Origin: Negaprion brevirostris
Lineage: Eukaryota
Assembly (NCBI GenBank): GCA_030324005.1
Contig: JARDVH010000042.1
Span: forward strand, 74,936,116 to 75,000,003
DNA: 63,888 bases
Direction: 5' to 3'
Both the position numbers and the translations under genes were made by a program. The notes beneath the pieces are model-generated. The model ran no database searches and had not been told where the DNA came from. It was given only the letters and a program-made list of their open reading frames with translations. Every line of letters starts with the position of its first letter. Position 1 is the first letter of the stretch. Shown one piece after another: positions 50,930 through 62,779 of the stretch.

Positions 50930-53900
50930 AGACATAAGAACACAGGATTAGGAGAATTAGGCCATTCTGCCCCTCCAGTCTGCTCCATCTTTCAATTACA
51001 TTACAGCTGATCTTATTTTGGCCTCCACACCACCATCCTGTCCACCCCATAGCCTATAATCTTTTGTTTATCAAAAGTCTACTTTAGCTTTGAATGTATT
51101 CAATGATTCGGCCTCAAAAGCTTTCCAGGTCTCAACCTACAATGGGAGACTCTTAATTTTTAAACAGTGTCTCCTAGTTGTCATCTTCTCCAAATGCATA
51201 AAACATCTGCCCAGGAGCAACCCTGCTGAGTCCTCTCAAACGTTTTCTATTTCATCAAGGTTACCTCTTATTCTTCTAAGCTCCAATTGGCATAACCCCA
51301 CTCGTTCAACCTTTCCTCAAAAGATAATCAGTGGAATCATCCGAGTGAAACTTACCTGCACTGCTTCTAGTGCAATTACATCCTTTAAGTAAGTAGACCA
51401 AAACTGTACACAGTACTCCAAATGTGGCCACTCCAAAGCCCTCTACAGCGACAGCAAGACTTTCAGACTGTTACACTTGATTCCATTTGTAATATAGGTC
51501 AACATTCCATTTGCCTTCCTCATTACTTGCTGTACCTGCATATCAACTGTGCGAATCCTATATCAGGACACTCAGATCCCTCTGAACATCAGAGTACTGC
51601 AGTCTCACTCCATCCAAGTAACATACTGCTTTTCTATTCCTCCTGCCAAAGTAGATAAGTTTACATTTTTCCACATTATACTCCAACTGCCAAATGTTTG
51701 CTCACTCACTTAACCTAGCTAAATCCCTTTTGCAAATTACTTTCCTATCTATCATTGTGCCATTAGCAATGTAGCTACCATATATTCAATCCCTTCATCC
51801 ATAGATTGTAAATAGTTGAGGCCCAAGTACCGATCTTTGTGTTATTCCACTAACAGCAGCTTGATAACTTGAAAATGATCCATTTATTCCTACTCTATCC
51901 TTCCTGTTAACTAACCAATTAGTTATCCATGCTAATGCGTTGCCCATAATATCTTACTTTGTGTGGTAACCTTTGAAATGACACTTTGTTAATCCTCTCT
52001 TGGAAATCCAAATACAGCACCACCAGAGTTTCCCTTGATCAATGCTGCTTGTTACTTCCGTAAAGAACTCAAGTAAACTTGTCAGATATGATTTCCCTTC
52101 CACAAAATCATGCTGACTCTGCCTGACTGAATTGTAATTTTCTAAATTTCCCACTATTACCTCCCTTAATAATGGATTCTAGTATTTTCCTTATTGTTTT
52201 GGAAGATTACAACCAATGTATCTATTAAATCTTATCTACTTCTTTTAAGACCCTAGGATGAAAGCCATTAAGGGTATGTCAAACTTCTTTTCTAATTGTT
52301 TTTCTGGTACCTTTTCCTTAGTGAATGTTTTAAGCTCCACCGCTTTTATCTCTGGGGTTTTTTTTAAAGGTATTCTTGGGATGTTTATGTCTTCTACGGT
52401 GAAAATGAAAAAAAAAAAGCCTTATTTTCACCATTTCCTACTTCCTATTATTAATTCTCATCGTCTAAGGGAGGGTCACTTTAATTACTTTTCCTTTTTA
52501 AATACTTGCAGAAACTCTTAGTAGCTTTCTCTTATGCTGTAATTTCTCCCTCCTTATTTTTAGTCATTTAGCTTAAAGTCCTTTCTACTACCCTTATATG
52601 ACTTGCCAGAAACTCTTCCAGCATATTTAAACTGAAGATCGTCCCAATGGTGCAGAGTTTTTTGAAGGGGTAACCAAGAAGGTAGATGAGGACAGTGCAG
52701 TTGATGCTGTCCACGTGGATATTAGCAAGGCCTTTGACAAGGTACCACATGGTAGGTTGTTGCACAAGGTTGAATCTCAAGGGATCCAGAGTGAGGTAGC
52801 TAAATGGATACAGAATTGGCTTGCTGACAGAAGCCAGAGGATGGTTGTAGAGGGTTGTTTTTCAAACTGGAAGCCTGTGACCAGCGGTGTGCCTCAGGGA
52901 TTGATGCTGGGTCCATTGTTATTTATCATTTATATTAATGATTTGGATGAGAATATAGGAGGCATGGTTAGTAAGTTTGCAGATGACACCAAGNNNNNNN
53001 NNNNNNNNNNNNNNNNNNNNNNNNNNNNNNNNNNNNNNNNNNNNNNNNNNNNNNNNNNNNNNNNNNNNNNNNNNNNNNNNNNNNNNNNNNNNNAATTACC
53101 TGCTGCACCTGCGAACCAGCTTTTGGTGACTCGTGCACAAGGACACCCAGATCCCTCTGCACAGCAGCATGCTGCAGTTCTTTACCATTTAAACAATAGT
53201 CCATTTTGCTGTTATTCGTACTAAAATGGATGACCTCACATTTATCAACATTGCACTCCATCTGCCAGATCCTTGCCCACTCACTTAGGCTATCTCCCTT
53301 TGCAGACTTTCGACATCCTCTGCACACTTTGCACTGCCACTCATTTTGGTGTCATCTGCGAATTTTGACACACTACACTTGGTTTCCAACTACAAATCAG
53401 CTATGTAAATCGTAAACAGTTACGATCCCGACACTGATCCCTGAGGCACACCACTAGTCACTGAAAACCAGAAAAACACCCATTAACCCCCACTCTTTGC
53501 TTCCTGTTAGTTAACCAATCCTCTATCCGTGCTAATACATTATCCGTAACACTGTGCACCTTTATCTTAAGCAGCAGCCTTTAGTGCGGCACCTTGTCAA
53601 ATGCCTTCTGGAAATCCAGATACACCACATTCACGGGTTCCCCACTGTCCATCGTACACATAATGTTCTCAAAGAATTCCACCAAATTAGTCAAACATGA
53701 CCTGCCCTTCATGAACCAATGCTGTGTCTTCCCAACGGGATAATTTATATCCAGATGCTTCACTATTTCTTCCTTGATGATAGATTCAAGCATTTTCCCA
53801 ATGCTTGAGTAATCCAAGATTACTTTGAAAGTCCTCCACTGTTCCTCAACTCACCATAAAGTTTTTGCTCACTCCTCCCTCATCCCATTGTAGTCTCCTT

Positions 53901-54530
53901 TGTTTAAGCACAAGACACTGGTATTGGATTTTACTTTCTCACGCTCCATCTGTATTTTAAATTTAACCATACTGTGATTGCTTCTTACAAGAGGATTATT
54001 CTCTGTACAGTCAGCCTAAGTCATTAATATATGTGGAGTAAAGCAGTGAACCCAGTACTGATCCATGGAGAAAGCAGCTGTATACCTTCTTCCAGTCCAT
54101 GAACAAGGTTCACCATTACTCTCTGTACCCTGTCAGTGAACCAATTTTGTATCCATGCTGTCACTATCCCTTTTATTCCATAGGTATTAACATTGCTGGC
54201 AGGCCTATTTTGTGGCACTTTTACCAAAATATTTTTGGAAGTCAGTGTACACCACATTAAATCCATTACCTCATCAACAAGCTCTATTACCTTGTCAAAA
54301 AACACAATCAAGTTAATTAACATAATGCCATTCTTTTGTGTTCTTAATTAATTCATCCTTAATCAAGTGACTGTTAACTTTGCCAAGATTATTATTTCTA
54401 AAAGCTTTCCCATTACCAAAGTTAAACTTACCAGCCTGTAGTTGCTAGTTTCATCTCGATATCCTCTTTTGAACAACAATGTAGCATTTGCAATTCATTA
54501 GTCCTCTGGTGTCACCCCAAATCAAAGAGA
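50930..54530 (-). mobile_element. stack of CR1 fragments, mostly minus strand, with a plus-strand RT piece at 52637-52993
   Basis: [14 protein letters not shown]...VTSGVPQG...SKFADDTK (+); [29 protein letters not shown] (-). Confidence 0.85.
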
Positions 54531-54850
54531 ATTAGAAGTTTTTTTGGGGGGGGGTGTCAGACAGAGAGGACTTGTCCCCTTTTCTTTTTGCTCTGCCACT
54601 TTTGACTCGGAGGCACTGATTTAAGGTATGGGGCAGGAGGTTTAGAGGGGATGTGAGGAGAAACTTTTTCACCCAAAGGGTGGTGGGAGTCTAGAACTCA
54701 CTGCCTGAAAGGGTGTTGGAGGCAGGGACTCTCATAACATTTAAGATGCAAAGTACTCATTTAGTGTCCTAGCCATGTCTGCTGACTCCAGGTATAAATT
54801 TCCTTTTTGGTTCCTAATCATCCTGATCATGCCACTTACTATCTTTTACC

Positions 54851-55774
54851 ATGGTTAGGAAGTTTGCAGATGACACCAAGATTGGTGGTATAGCGGACAG
54901 TGAAGAAGGTTATCTTGGATTGCAAAGGGACCTTGATCAATTAGGCCAGTGGCCTGACAAATGGCAGACAGAATTTAATTTAGATAAATGTGAGGTGATG
55001 CATTTTGCTAGATTGAACCAGGCAGGACTTACTCAGTAAATGGCAGGGCATTGGGAAGCGTTACAGAATAAAGATCTAGAGGTACAAGTTCATAGCTCCT
55101 TGAAAGTGAAGTCACAGGTGGACAGAGTGGTGAAGAAGGCATTCAGCATGCTTGGCTTCATTGGTCAAAACATTGAATACAGGAGGTGAGATGTCTCATT
55201 GAAGTCGTACAAGACATTGGTACGGCCACACTTGGATACTGTGTACAGTTCTGGTCACCCTATTATAGAAAGGAGATTATTAAACTAGAAAGAGTGCAAA
55301 AGAGATTTTATAGGATGCTTCTGGGACTTGATGGTTTGATTTATAAGGAGAGGCTGGATAGACTGGGACTTTTTCTCTGGAGCGTAGAAGGCTAAGGGGT
55401 GATCTTATAGAGGTCTATAAAATAATGATGGGCATAGATCAGCTAGATAGTCAATATTTTTTCCCAAAGATATGGGAGTCTAAAATTAGAGGGCATTAGG
55501 TTTAAGGTGAGAGGGGAGAGATTCAAAAGCGTCGAGAGGGGCAATTTTTTCTGCAGGGAGGGTGGTGAGTGTCTGGAACAAGCTGTCAGAGGTAGGAGTA
55601 GAGGCAGGTACAATTTATCTTTTAGCAAGTGTTTGGACAGTTACATGGATAAGATGGGTATAGAGGGATATGGGTCAAGTGCAGGCAATTGGGACTACTT
55701 AGGGGTTAAAAAAAAAGAGTGGCACGGACAAGTTGAGCCAAAGGGTTTGTTTCCATGCTGTAAACCTCTATGAC
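54851..55774 (+). mobile_element. CR1 RT C-terminal half and 3' UTR
   Basis: KFADDTKIGG...LQRDLDQL...FNLDKCEVMHF; YCVQFWSPYYRK; tail taaacctctatgactc. Confidence 0.9.
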
Positions 55775-56393
55775 TCCCTTTCCCCCCACCCCCCTTACTG
55801 ATGCCAGTACATTTTTCCCACCCTAATTTTTGACTCATGCATTCAGCCCTCTAATCTCATTTATCCTGTACCAATTTATTTGTGTTCAGGGAGTAATTCA
55901 GAGATCATCTTTAAGGCTCTGCTTTTTGATTCAAGTCATCCAGGATTCCCCTCCTGATCAATATTCTGCTACAAGAAGATGCACCTGTGGTTAACACTGA
56001 AGAAAACTCAGCTGTGACCATCACCCAAAGCCAGATGATCTGCTGATAGTTAAACCTCAAATAAGTATTGGTTACTTGAGCAAGATATCACAGTCAATTG
56101 GTGCCTGTAGAACTACATGCCTGCAAATGATAAAGATCTTCAAAGGAGCAGTGGTGAGAAAACTGGCATAGAGAAAAGAAGTTTCCTTCTAGAAATCATG
56201 TTTAATTTAAAAGCTAAAAGAATTTATTTATATAACTGCTAGCCTTTTATGAGGCTATAATGTGCTCCATAAAATCAGTGTTCAGCCCATATTCTGTTTT
56301 ACAATTGATTAATAACCTTGCTGGCCAACAAAATAACAATTCTGAGAATGTGCTAGACCGCAAAAACTGCTGTGGGAAAAGTGGCAGACACAC

Positions 56394-56507
56394 CTGTTTA
56401 AGATAAAGGAAAAAGCTAGAGTACTGTCCAGCCTCAGGCAGGTATGAAAGAAATACAGTTATACAGATGAGCAGCACAGTGGTGTCCTTCCCAACCTTCT
56501 TCAAGGA
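56394..56507 (-). CDS. MFSD14B: MFSD14-family exon
   Basis: cag|TCC...CAG|gtgtgt; 114 bp; SLKKVGKDTTVLLICITVFLSYLPEAGQYSSFFLYLKQ. Confidence 0.93.
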
Positions 56508-57267
56508 CTGTAACAAAAGAAAAGAAATGCTCACTTACAAATGTTATCAACTTTAAGTTACTTATTCACATCATATGGTATAACAGATCAGAAACACACC
56601 TAGAATGGTTGATCCAGCATCTTGGATTTAATGGCACTGCACAAAACAGCATAAATATAAAGCAATGCAGCTATAAATTAATAGGATTGGTGGAAAAATA
56701 ATGACTGGGACTATCAGTTACCTTGAAATTCCTGAAGATAAACAGGGATGGAGTATAGATTCTTGAAGTAATTGTGCACTTGTTACAGCTTTTGATAGGC
56801 CACAGCTGGCTCAGAGCCTCCCATTTAAAGCTGCAACCCGCCTCTGAGTCAGATTGTCTCCTTGCCCAAATCCTAGCTTCAATTAAGACCATAAATGGGT
56901 CATTTGGGCAATGAATAAGCAGATGGGGATGTTGGATAAAGCAGTCTATTCTATGCTTGAAGGTTTTATATAGCTGATACAAACAAAAGTGGTAAAAGCT
57001 GCTTTTAAAACAAACATTTGTGTACTGAGCTTTAGCATGTAGCAGGATTTTGTTTTAACAACTTGTTCATAACATTGCTTCTAATACTAAATTCTGTAGC
57101 AGCCTGCTCAATTACTGATGGTCAAAAAACAAAATGCAACAAAGTTCAGACTTGCTCAACTACTGCATACGTGAAAGATAAAATTCTGCCTCAGTGTCAT
57201 AATACAGGCATCAGCGAATGTACAACATTGTCACATAAAATCTGTACATTCAAGAGTTACTGAATAA

Positions 57268-57740
57268 ACAGCTTGTACTTGCATAGTGCCTTTAACATAG
57301 TTAACCTTCCTAAGGTGTTTGGCTGGAGCATTACAAAGCAAAATTTTGACACTAAGCCCCATGAAGAGATATTACGGCAAGCAATCAAAAGCTTGGTTAA
57401 AAGCATGTTTTGAAGAAGCAGAGAGAGGAGGGGAGAGACGAGGGGAGAAATTCCAGAACTTAAGGCCCTGGCAGCTGAAGGCACAGCTTGCCAGCACACA
57501 TGGTGGAGTGAATAAAATTGGGGACACGCAAGAGGCCAGAGTTGGAGAAGTGCGGATTTCTCACAGGGTTAATGAGCTGGAGAAGAACACAGACAGCAAG
57601 ACCACAGAGGAATTTGAAAACAAGCATATGAATTTTAAAATCCCGCCACCATTTAACCAAAGGCCTGTGCAGGTTAATGAGCACAAAAGTAATAGGTGAA
57701 CAGGACCTGGTGCAAGCTAAGACATACATAGCATTTTTTA
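57268..57740 (-). mobile_element. L2-type LINE 3' end, decayed
   Basis: antisense tail tatgttaaaggcactatgcaagtacaagctg; similar relic at about 33680-33890. Confidence 0.55.
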
Positions 57741-57820
57741 AATATGTAGGTATGGTTTATTCAACAACAAATCCTGCATTCTGGTAATTATAGTCCAAAT
57801 ACAGATTATTGAATGCTTAC

Positions 57821-58039
57821 AGAAAAAGGGTCCGCTTGCTCCCAAGAGAAAGGTGATCCCCGCGAAGCTGGTCGAACCTTCTCAGGAAGAGATTCTGGCA
57901 CAGCTACTAAGATAAAGCAGATGTCCAATGCTGCAATCACAGTGGCTACAAGGACCACAAGGTTATCACCATATTTACTTGAAAGATAAGCACCAATGGC
58001 TGGACTGGTTACCAAGCTTGCTGCAAATGTTGCTGACAC
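57821..58039 (-). CDS. MFSD14B: MFSD14/HIAT1-family MFS transporter exon (most 5' exon found in window)
   Basis: tag|GTG...TCT|gtaagc; 219 bp; VSATFAASLVTSPAIGAYLSSKYGDNLVVLVATVIAALDICFILVAVPESLPEKVRPASRGSPFSWEQADPFS. Family is secure; A versus B paralog call is tentative. Confidence 0.92.
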
Positions 58040-59679
58040 CTAGAGAAGCAACAAAAAAAGGTTTTACTTGCCAGCTCATTAACAGGTTAATATTTACAAT
58101 GCGAACATCTTTAAAAACAAAAAAAAAACCTCCGAGGTATACTATTCTACAGGCATAGTGGGAATAAAACTGGTCCACGCCAATGCAAACAAACTCACGC
58201 AATTGGCAGCCAGTTCCATACAGTGCCTGGTTTTCCCTTCAACAGACTTAAATGGACAAGAAAATCAAGCATGTTATAGCATGGGCTGCTAATTCACTAT
58301 GATCTCATTTGCACTACTAGCAGAGACCAATTCTCCCTGTCATTTATTGTTGAAAATAAGTATTTTGCAATATTTTGCCCAATGAGGTAGGAGTGGAGAG
58401 CCCAAATGCAATAAACTGTACTGTACAACACTGTAAATTGTACTATGTGCCACTAATCTCACTACTGCTTGACCAATAAGTAAGTGTCTCGTTGTCATGG
58501 GAATTGTCCCTTAACAAAGAATTAGATCTAATTCAAAAACTTGACCCAACTTCATTTATTTTGTGCCAGAGGCAGAGTGGATTACTACAGGAGCTAAAAT
58601 TCTGACAATAACTCCACTGAATACAAGTTGAATAAAAATGCTGCCAGACTCTCAATAAAAAGCTATCCTGTTTTAGGGCTGTTTTATCACAAAGTGATAC
58701 CACTTACAGACGGATGCCATACAATACCATTATATAGTGATTTTCTTTCATTGACAGAAACAATGCCTGCAAAATTAAACAGTTTAAAATGGAAAGCTAA
58801 ATTTGTAAAGTCATGCTCAACAGCAATAAATTAAAAACATTTAGTTACTTTGTTTGACTGTTTCACAAATAATATAAATAAAACAATTCTATTAAAAAAC
58901 CCTACATATTCATTGCTGTTAAATTTATGCTGTTGACTCACTACCAACGTTGAACTCTTTCAATGGTCATTGACAATATCTAACATATTGGGACAGCACA
59001 AACACTTCAATCACTTCTTTTCCCTTTTCTTATGACTGTTGGTGCTGCATATGCACCACTTAGTATGTAGCCAACAGCAATAGGAAGGCAAGCCATCATC
59101 TGGCAATTATCTCACAATGAAACAAAACATGCTCTTTTTGTAGTATATTAGCTCCATTAAATAATGAAAGTATCAAAGCCAGAAAACATTTAATATAAAC
59201 TATTTTGAATATTAGTTGTCTTCATTTCTGTCCTTCAGTTTCAGCATTTACAATCTTTGGATCACAATAGTCTCTAAGGTGCGATTGGGGTTGCAAATTT
59301 AAACTTCTGGATATTAAAACTGCTAATATGATTCTATACAATAGCACAAAATAAATTTTGTTTAATCTGGAACCGTATGCAATTAAAATTGAATAAGTTC
59401 AAATAGTACTCCAAGAATCAAGGTTATATATTCTTCTATTCACAAATTCTTTGCAAAATAAATAGGAGCTTGTGGGGAATAATGCTATAAATGCATCTAC
59501 AATTCTGTGAAAATAAGAAAAGAAAGCAAAATATATGCCCTACTGATTAGTAGATTTTATTTGAAGAAAATATTAACCTAATTTCAATGCACGAGTTCCA
59601 AACAGAAGGCAGCAAATACTGTAATGGTATTGCTTCTTTAAATATTTTGCCACAAATGAATCTTTGAGATGGCATTTTT

Positions 59680-59850
59680 TTAAAAAAAAAGTCATTCATA
59701 GGATTTGGCTATCACTGGCTAGGCCAGCACTTATTGCCATCCCTAACTGCCTTGAGGAGGTGGTAGTGAGCCATCTTCTTGAATTGCTGTAGTTCATGTG
59801 TTGTAGGTAATATAGGAAGGGAATTCCTGGATTTTGACATAGTGTCAAGC
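59680..59850 (-). mobile_element. LINE/SINE shared 3' tail fragment
   Basis: inverse homolog of the tail at 7850-7960 and 35020-35090. Confidence 0.55.
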
Positions 59851-59867
59851 GAAAAAACGGAAATAAA

Positions 59868-60238
59868 GAGTGTCACGGTGGCACAGTCATTAGCACTGTT
59901 GCCTCATAGTGCCAGGGACCTGGGTTTGATTCAAGCCTCAGGTCAGTGTCTGTATGGAGTTTGCACATTCTCTCCATGTCTGCATGGGTTTCCTGTGGGT
60001 GCTCCAGTTTCCTCCCACAGTCCAAAAATGTGCAGGTTAGGTTGATAGGCCATGCACATTCTCCCCTTGTCCGCGTGGGTTTCCTTGACAACATGGTGGC
60101 ACAGTGGTTAGAATTACTGTCTCTCAGCGTTAGGGACTTGGGTTCAATTCTGGCCCCAGGTGACTGTCTGCGTAGAGTTTGCATATTCTCCCCATGTCTG
60201 CATGCGTTTCCTTGGGTTCTCCAGTTCCCTCCCACATG
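59868..60238 (+). mobile_element. two tandem HE1/V-SINE heads
   Basis: head + V-domain 59868-60052, short V-domain repeat 60053-60085, second head + V-domain 60090-60238, then a gap. Confidence 0.8.
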
Positions 60239-60264
60239 NNNNNNNNNNNNNNNNNNNNNNNNNN

Positions 60265-60335
60265 AATGGCGGGGCAGGCTCGAAGGGCTGGATGGCCTAC
60301 TCCTGCTCCTATTTCTTATGTTCTTATGTTCTTAT
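60265..60335 (+). mobile_element. young CR1 3' tail
   Basis: near-identical to the tails at 29555, 36715, 40170 and 11443; (ttcttatg)x2-3. Confidence 0.85.
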
Positions 60336-62229
60336 ATCGTACGCACTTTAATCAGACTTTTATTATTCAACACAGTCATAAAAGGCATCCTGCCTGATTT
60401 TCCAGCCCTACATAAAAATTGGTGTAAAAAAGTAGGCTTCAGTAAAGGCATGTGCTTATCTTCACTTGATGTTTCCACCTTTACTGTACCCAAGCAATCC
60501 AATAGCCCCAGGAGCAGGAAAAGTCAGTCCATCATTTCTATTTGTTATTTTCCCTTTCATTTCCCAGAGGGAATTGAAAATCAGTGGCACAAAGCACAGA
60601 AGCAAAATATTGTGTAAGCTGCAAACAGAAAATGCTGGAAATACTCAACAGGTCTGACAATGTTTGCTGAGGTTGAAACAGAGGTAGTGTTTCAGATCTG
60701 TGACCTTGCGTCACATAGGATGATAGCGCATGCATATAGAGTTTCCCATATCTAGATCAAATGGGTTGCTGGTTTTTCCCTTTGGTCTTGAATTCAATAA
60801 GCAGGAAGCAGAAATATTTACCGACAAGGTGGGTTAATTTAAAGCCTCAAAATAAATAGTGAATGAGTTAGATACAAAGTTGATAAAAAGGAAGGCAGTT
60901 GAGGGTAAAGGCAAAAGAAGGCAATCAAATTAATACAAGTGAAACATACAAGGATAAAAGATAGGGTAATCCAGAACAGCCCTAATGAGATGAAATAGCC
61001 CCTTGAACTCATTGCTTTTCATTAAAATCTCTGCCCCATATGTCCTACCAAGGTTAAAAGATGGGCAGTGTGCTTTGAAGTCCTTTAGGTATGGTGCACT
61101 AAATATCTATCAGAAAGAAAGCAAGTCTGTTTGATTGACCTTATTCATCACTTTTTCCTCCCACTTTTCAAGCCGAGTAGCATTCAATCACTTGGTAAAC
61201 AGCTCGTGAAAGTCAGAGAGTAAACCTGTATCCGATCATTTCGTATCATTTATACACTGAGACATTGTTCTATTAATTTTATGGGTAAAATGGTGCCCAG
61301 CAGAATTTCAGCCTAACTTTGCATCCAAGTTGAAAGAATATCATTTCACGTACATGAATCAGCTTTAATCTCCAAATAGAAACCATTAATTGTGCATGCA
61401 ATGAAACTGCTAATTTCAATAACATTTGATCATGCCAGATCTTAGACAAATGTTGCAAATAAACGATTTCTGACATATAGTTAGAAGAGGGTTGTGCAAT
61501 ACCAATAGCAGACACTGAACACAAATGTGGACAAAAGGCAACACAGTCTCATCTACTCGAAGCCAGACTGCACAGTGGTAACACCAATGGTTTGGCAGAA
61601 GGCCAGGGCTCAATGTATAATGATAAATAGGATAGAGATATTGCACAAAATCTAAGAAATGTAGTGAAGTTACAAAGGACCGGAAATCACACCTACAGTT
61701 TAACATTTTACTTCAGTACAGACTCAACTGTTTAAACGGCTAATTGGAGGATCAGAAAATACGTTGCACCTCTTTTCCGATCTTCCAGTTCCAATACCAA
61801 ATATCTAATTCATTTCCATCCATCAAATTACCACTGTAATATTTCATTTTACCAAGAGTGCGCAAATAAAATTGAAATAACTGGGTGCCGGAAGTCTGTG
61901 GTTCATCAGTAACGATTACAAAGTCGAGTGGAGTGGGGTGGAGTCTACCAAATAGGGTCAAAAGAGCTCATGCAATGCGTGTGTAGGAGGAGACACAAAA
62001 CATCAAACAAAACAAGGTTTTATGCAAAGAACCAAAAGTACCCAAGAGTTGATTATAATACCTTGCTAGATCATCTTTTGTAAAAGAGAACTGCTTCAAA
62101 TCTGAACAGCATAAAGAACATAAAGTATATTGGCATGAAAAAGTCCAGATTGATGAAATACACTCAAAGTCCATGACTACGCTCTTTCAAGACACAGTTA
62201 CAGATCCAATGTAATAGGCAAAGTACAGA

Positions 62230-62575
62230 CACTACTCAACTAGCAACTGGACAGTACTTGCTGAATAATCCCGTGTGTCCTAATTAACAACCAATTTCAG
62301 ATAATCAGTTGAGTTCATAACATGGCTCAATTATGCTTGCATTCATATGCAGAGATCTACAATATATTTTGACCTGCATCTTTTTCAAATTACTCAGAAG
62401 CATGGGGACATATAGTTCTCCATGGCAATGCCTTGGCCAGAGTCAACATACCAACTAATCAGCAGCCTCCCCACCCCCACCATCGCATAAATTGTTGTGA
62501 CTGTTTGAAATTTGGCATCGTCCTGACGAGTGAAAGATGAAAATCTTTGACAAATCGCTCTCTTTTCAACAAGAC
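62230..62575 (+). mobile_element. PLE family 2 3' end: GIY-YIG C-terminal remnant + hammerhead motif (62518-62553)
   Basis: ATGQYLLNNPVC..NQFQIIS..HNMAQL remnant; tcgtc CTGACGA gt-gaaag-at GAAA atct tt gacaa. Confidence 0.6.
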
Positions 62576-62779
62576 CCAATTTCTGCTTCACAACCAGAAG
62601 TAGTACACAGTACACGCATGAGATGAAACTCATACAAAAGTTGGAAGAATGTAGGATGACTCATAGCATTCTATTTAACATGGTAATGCTTGAAAACATT
62701 ACCAAGGAGAATAAGACCAGTATCTGCCTATCTGATGGAATATTATCACTTTAGGCAGTTCCTCAGGACAGAGGATATC

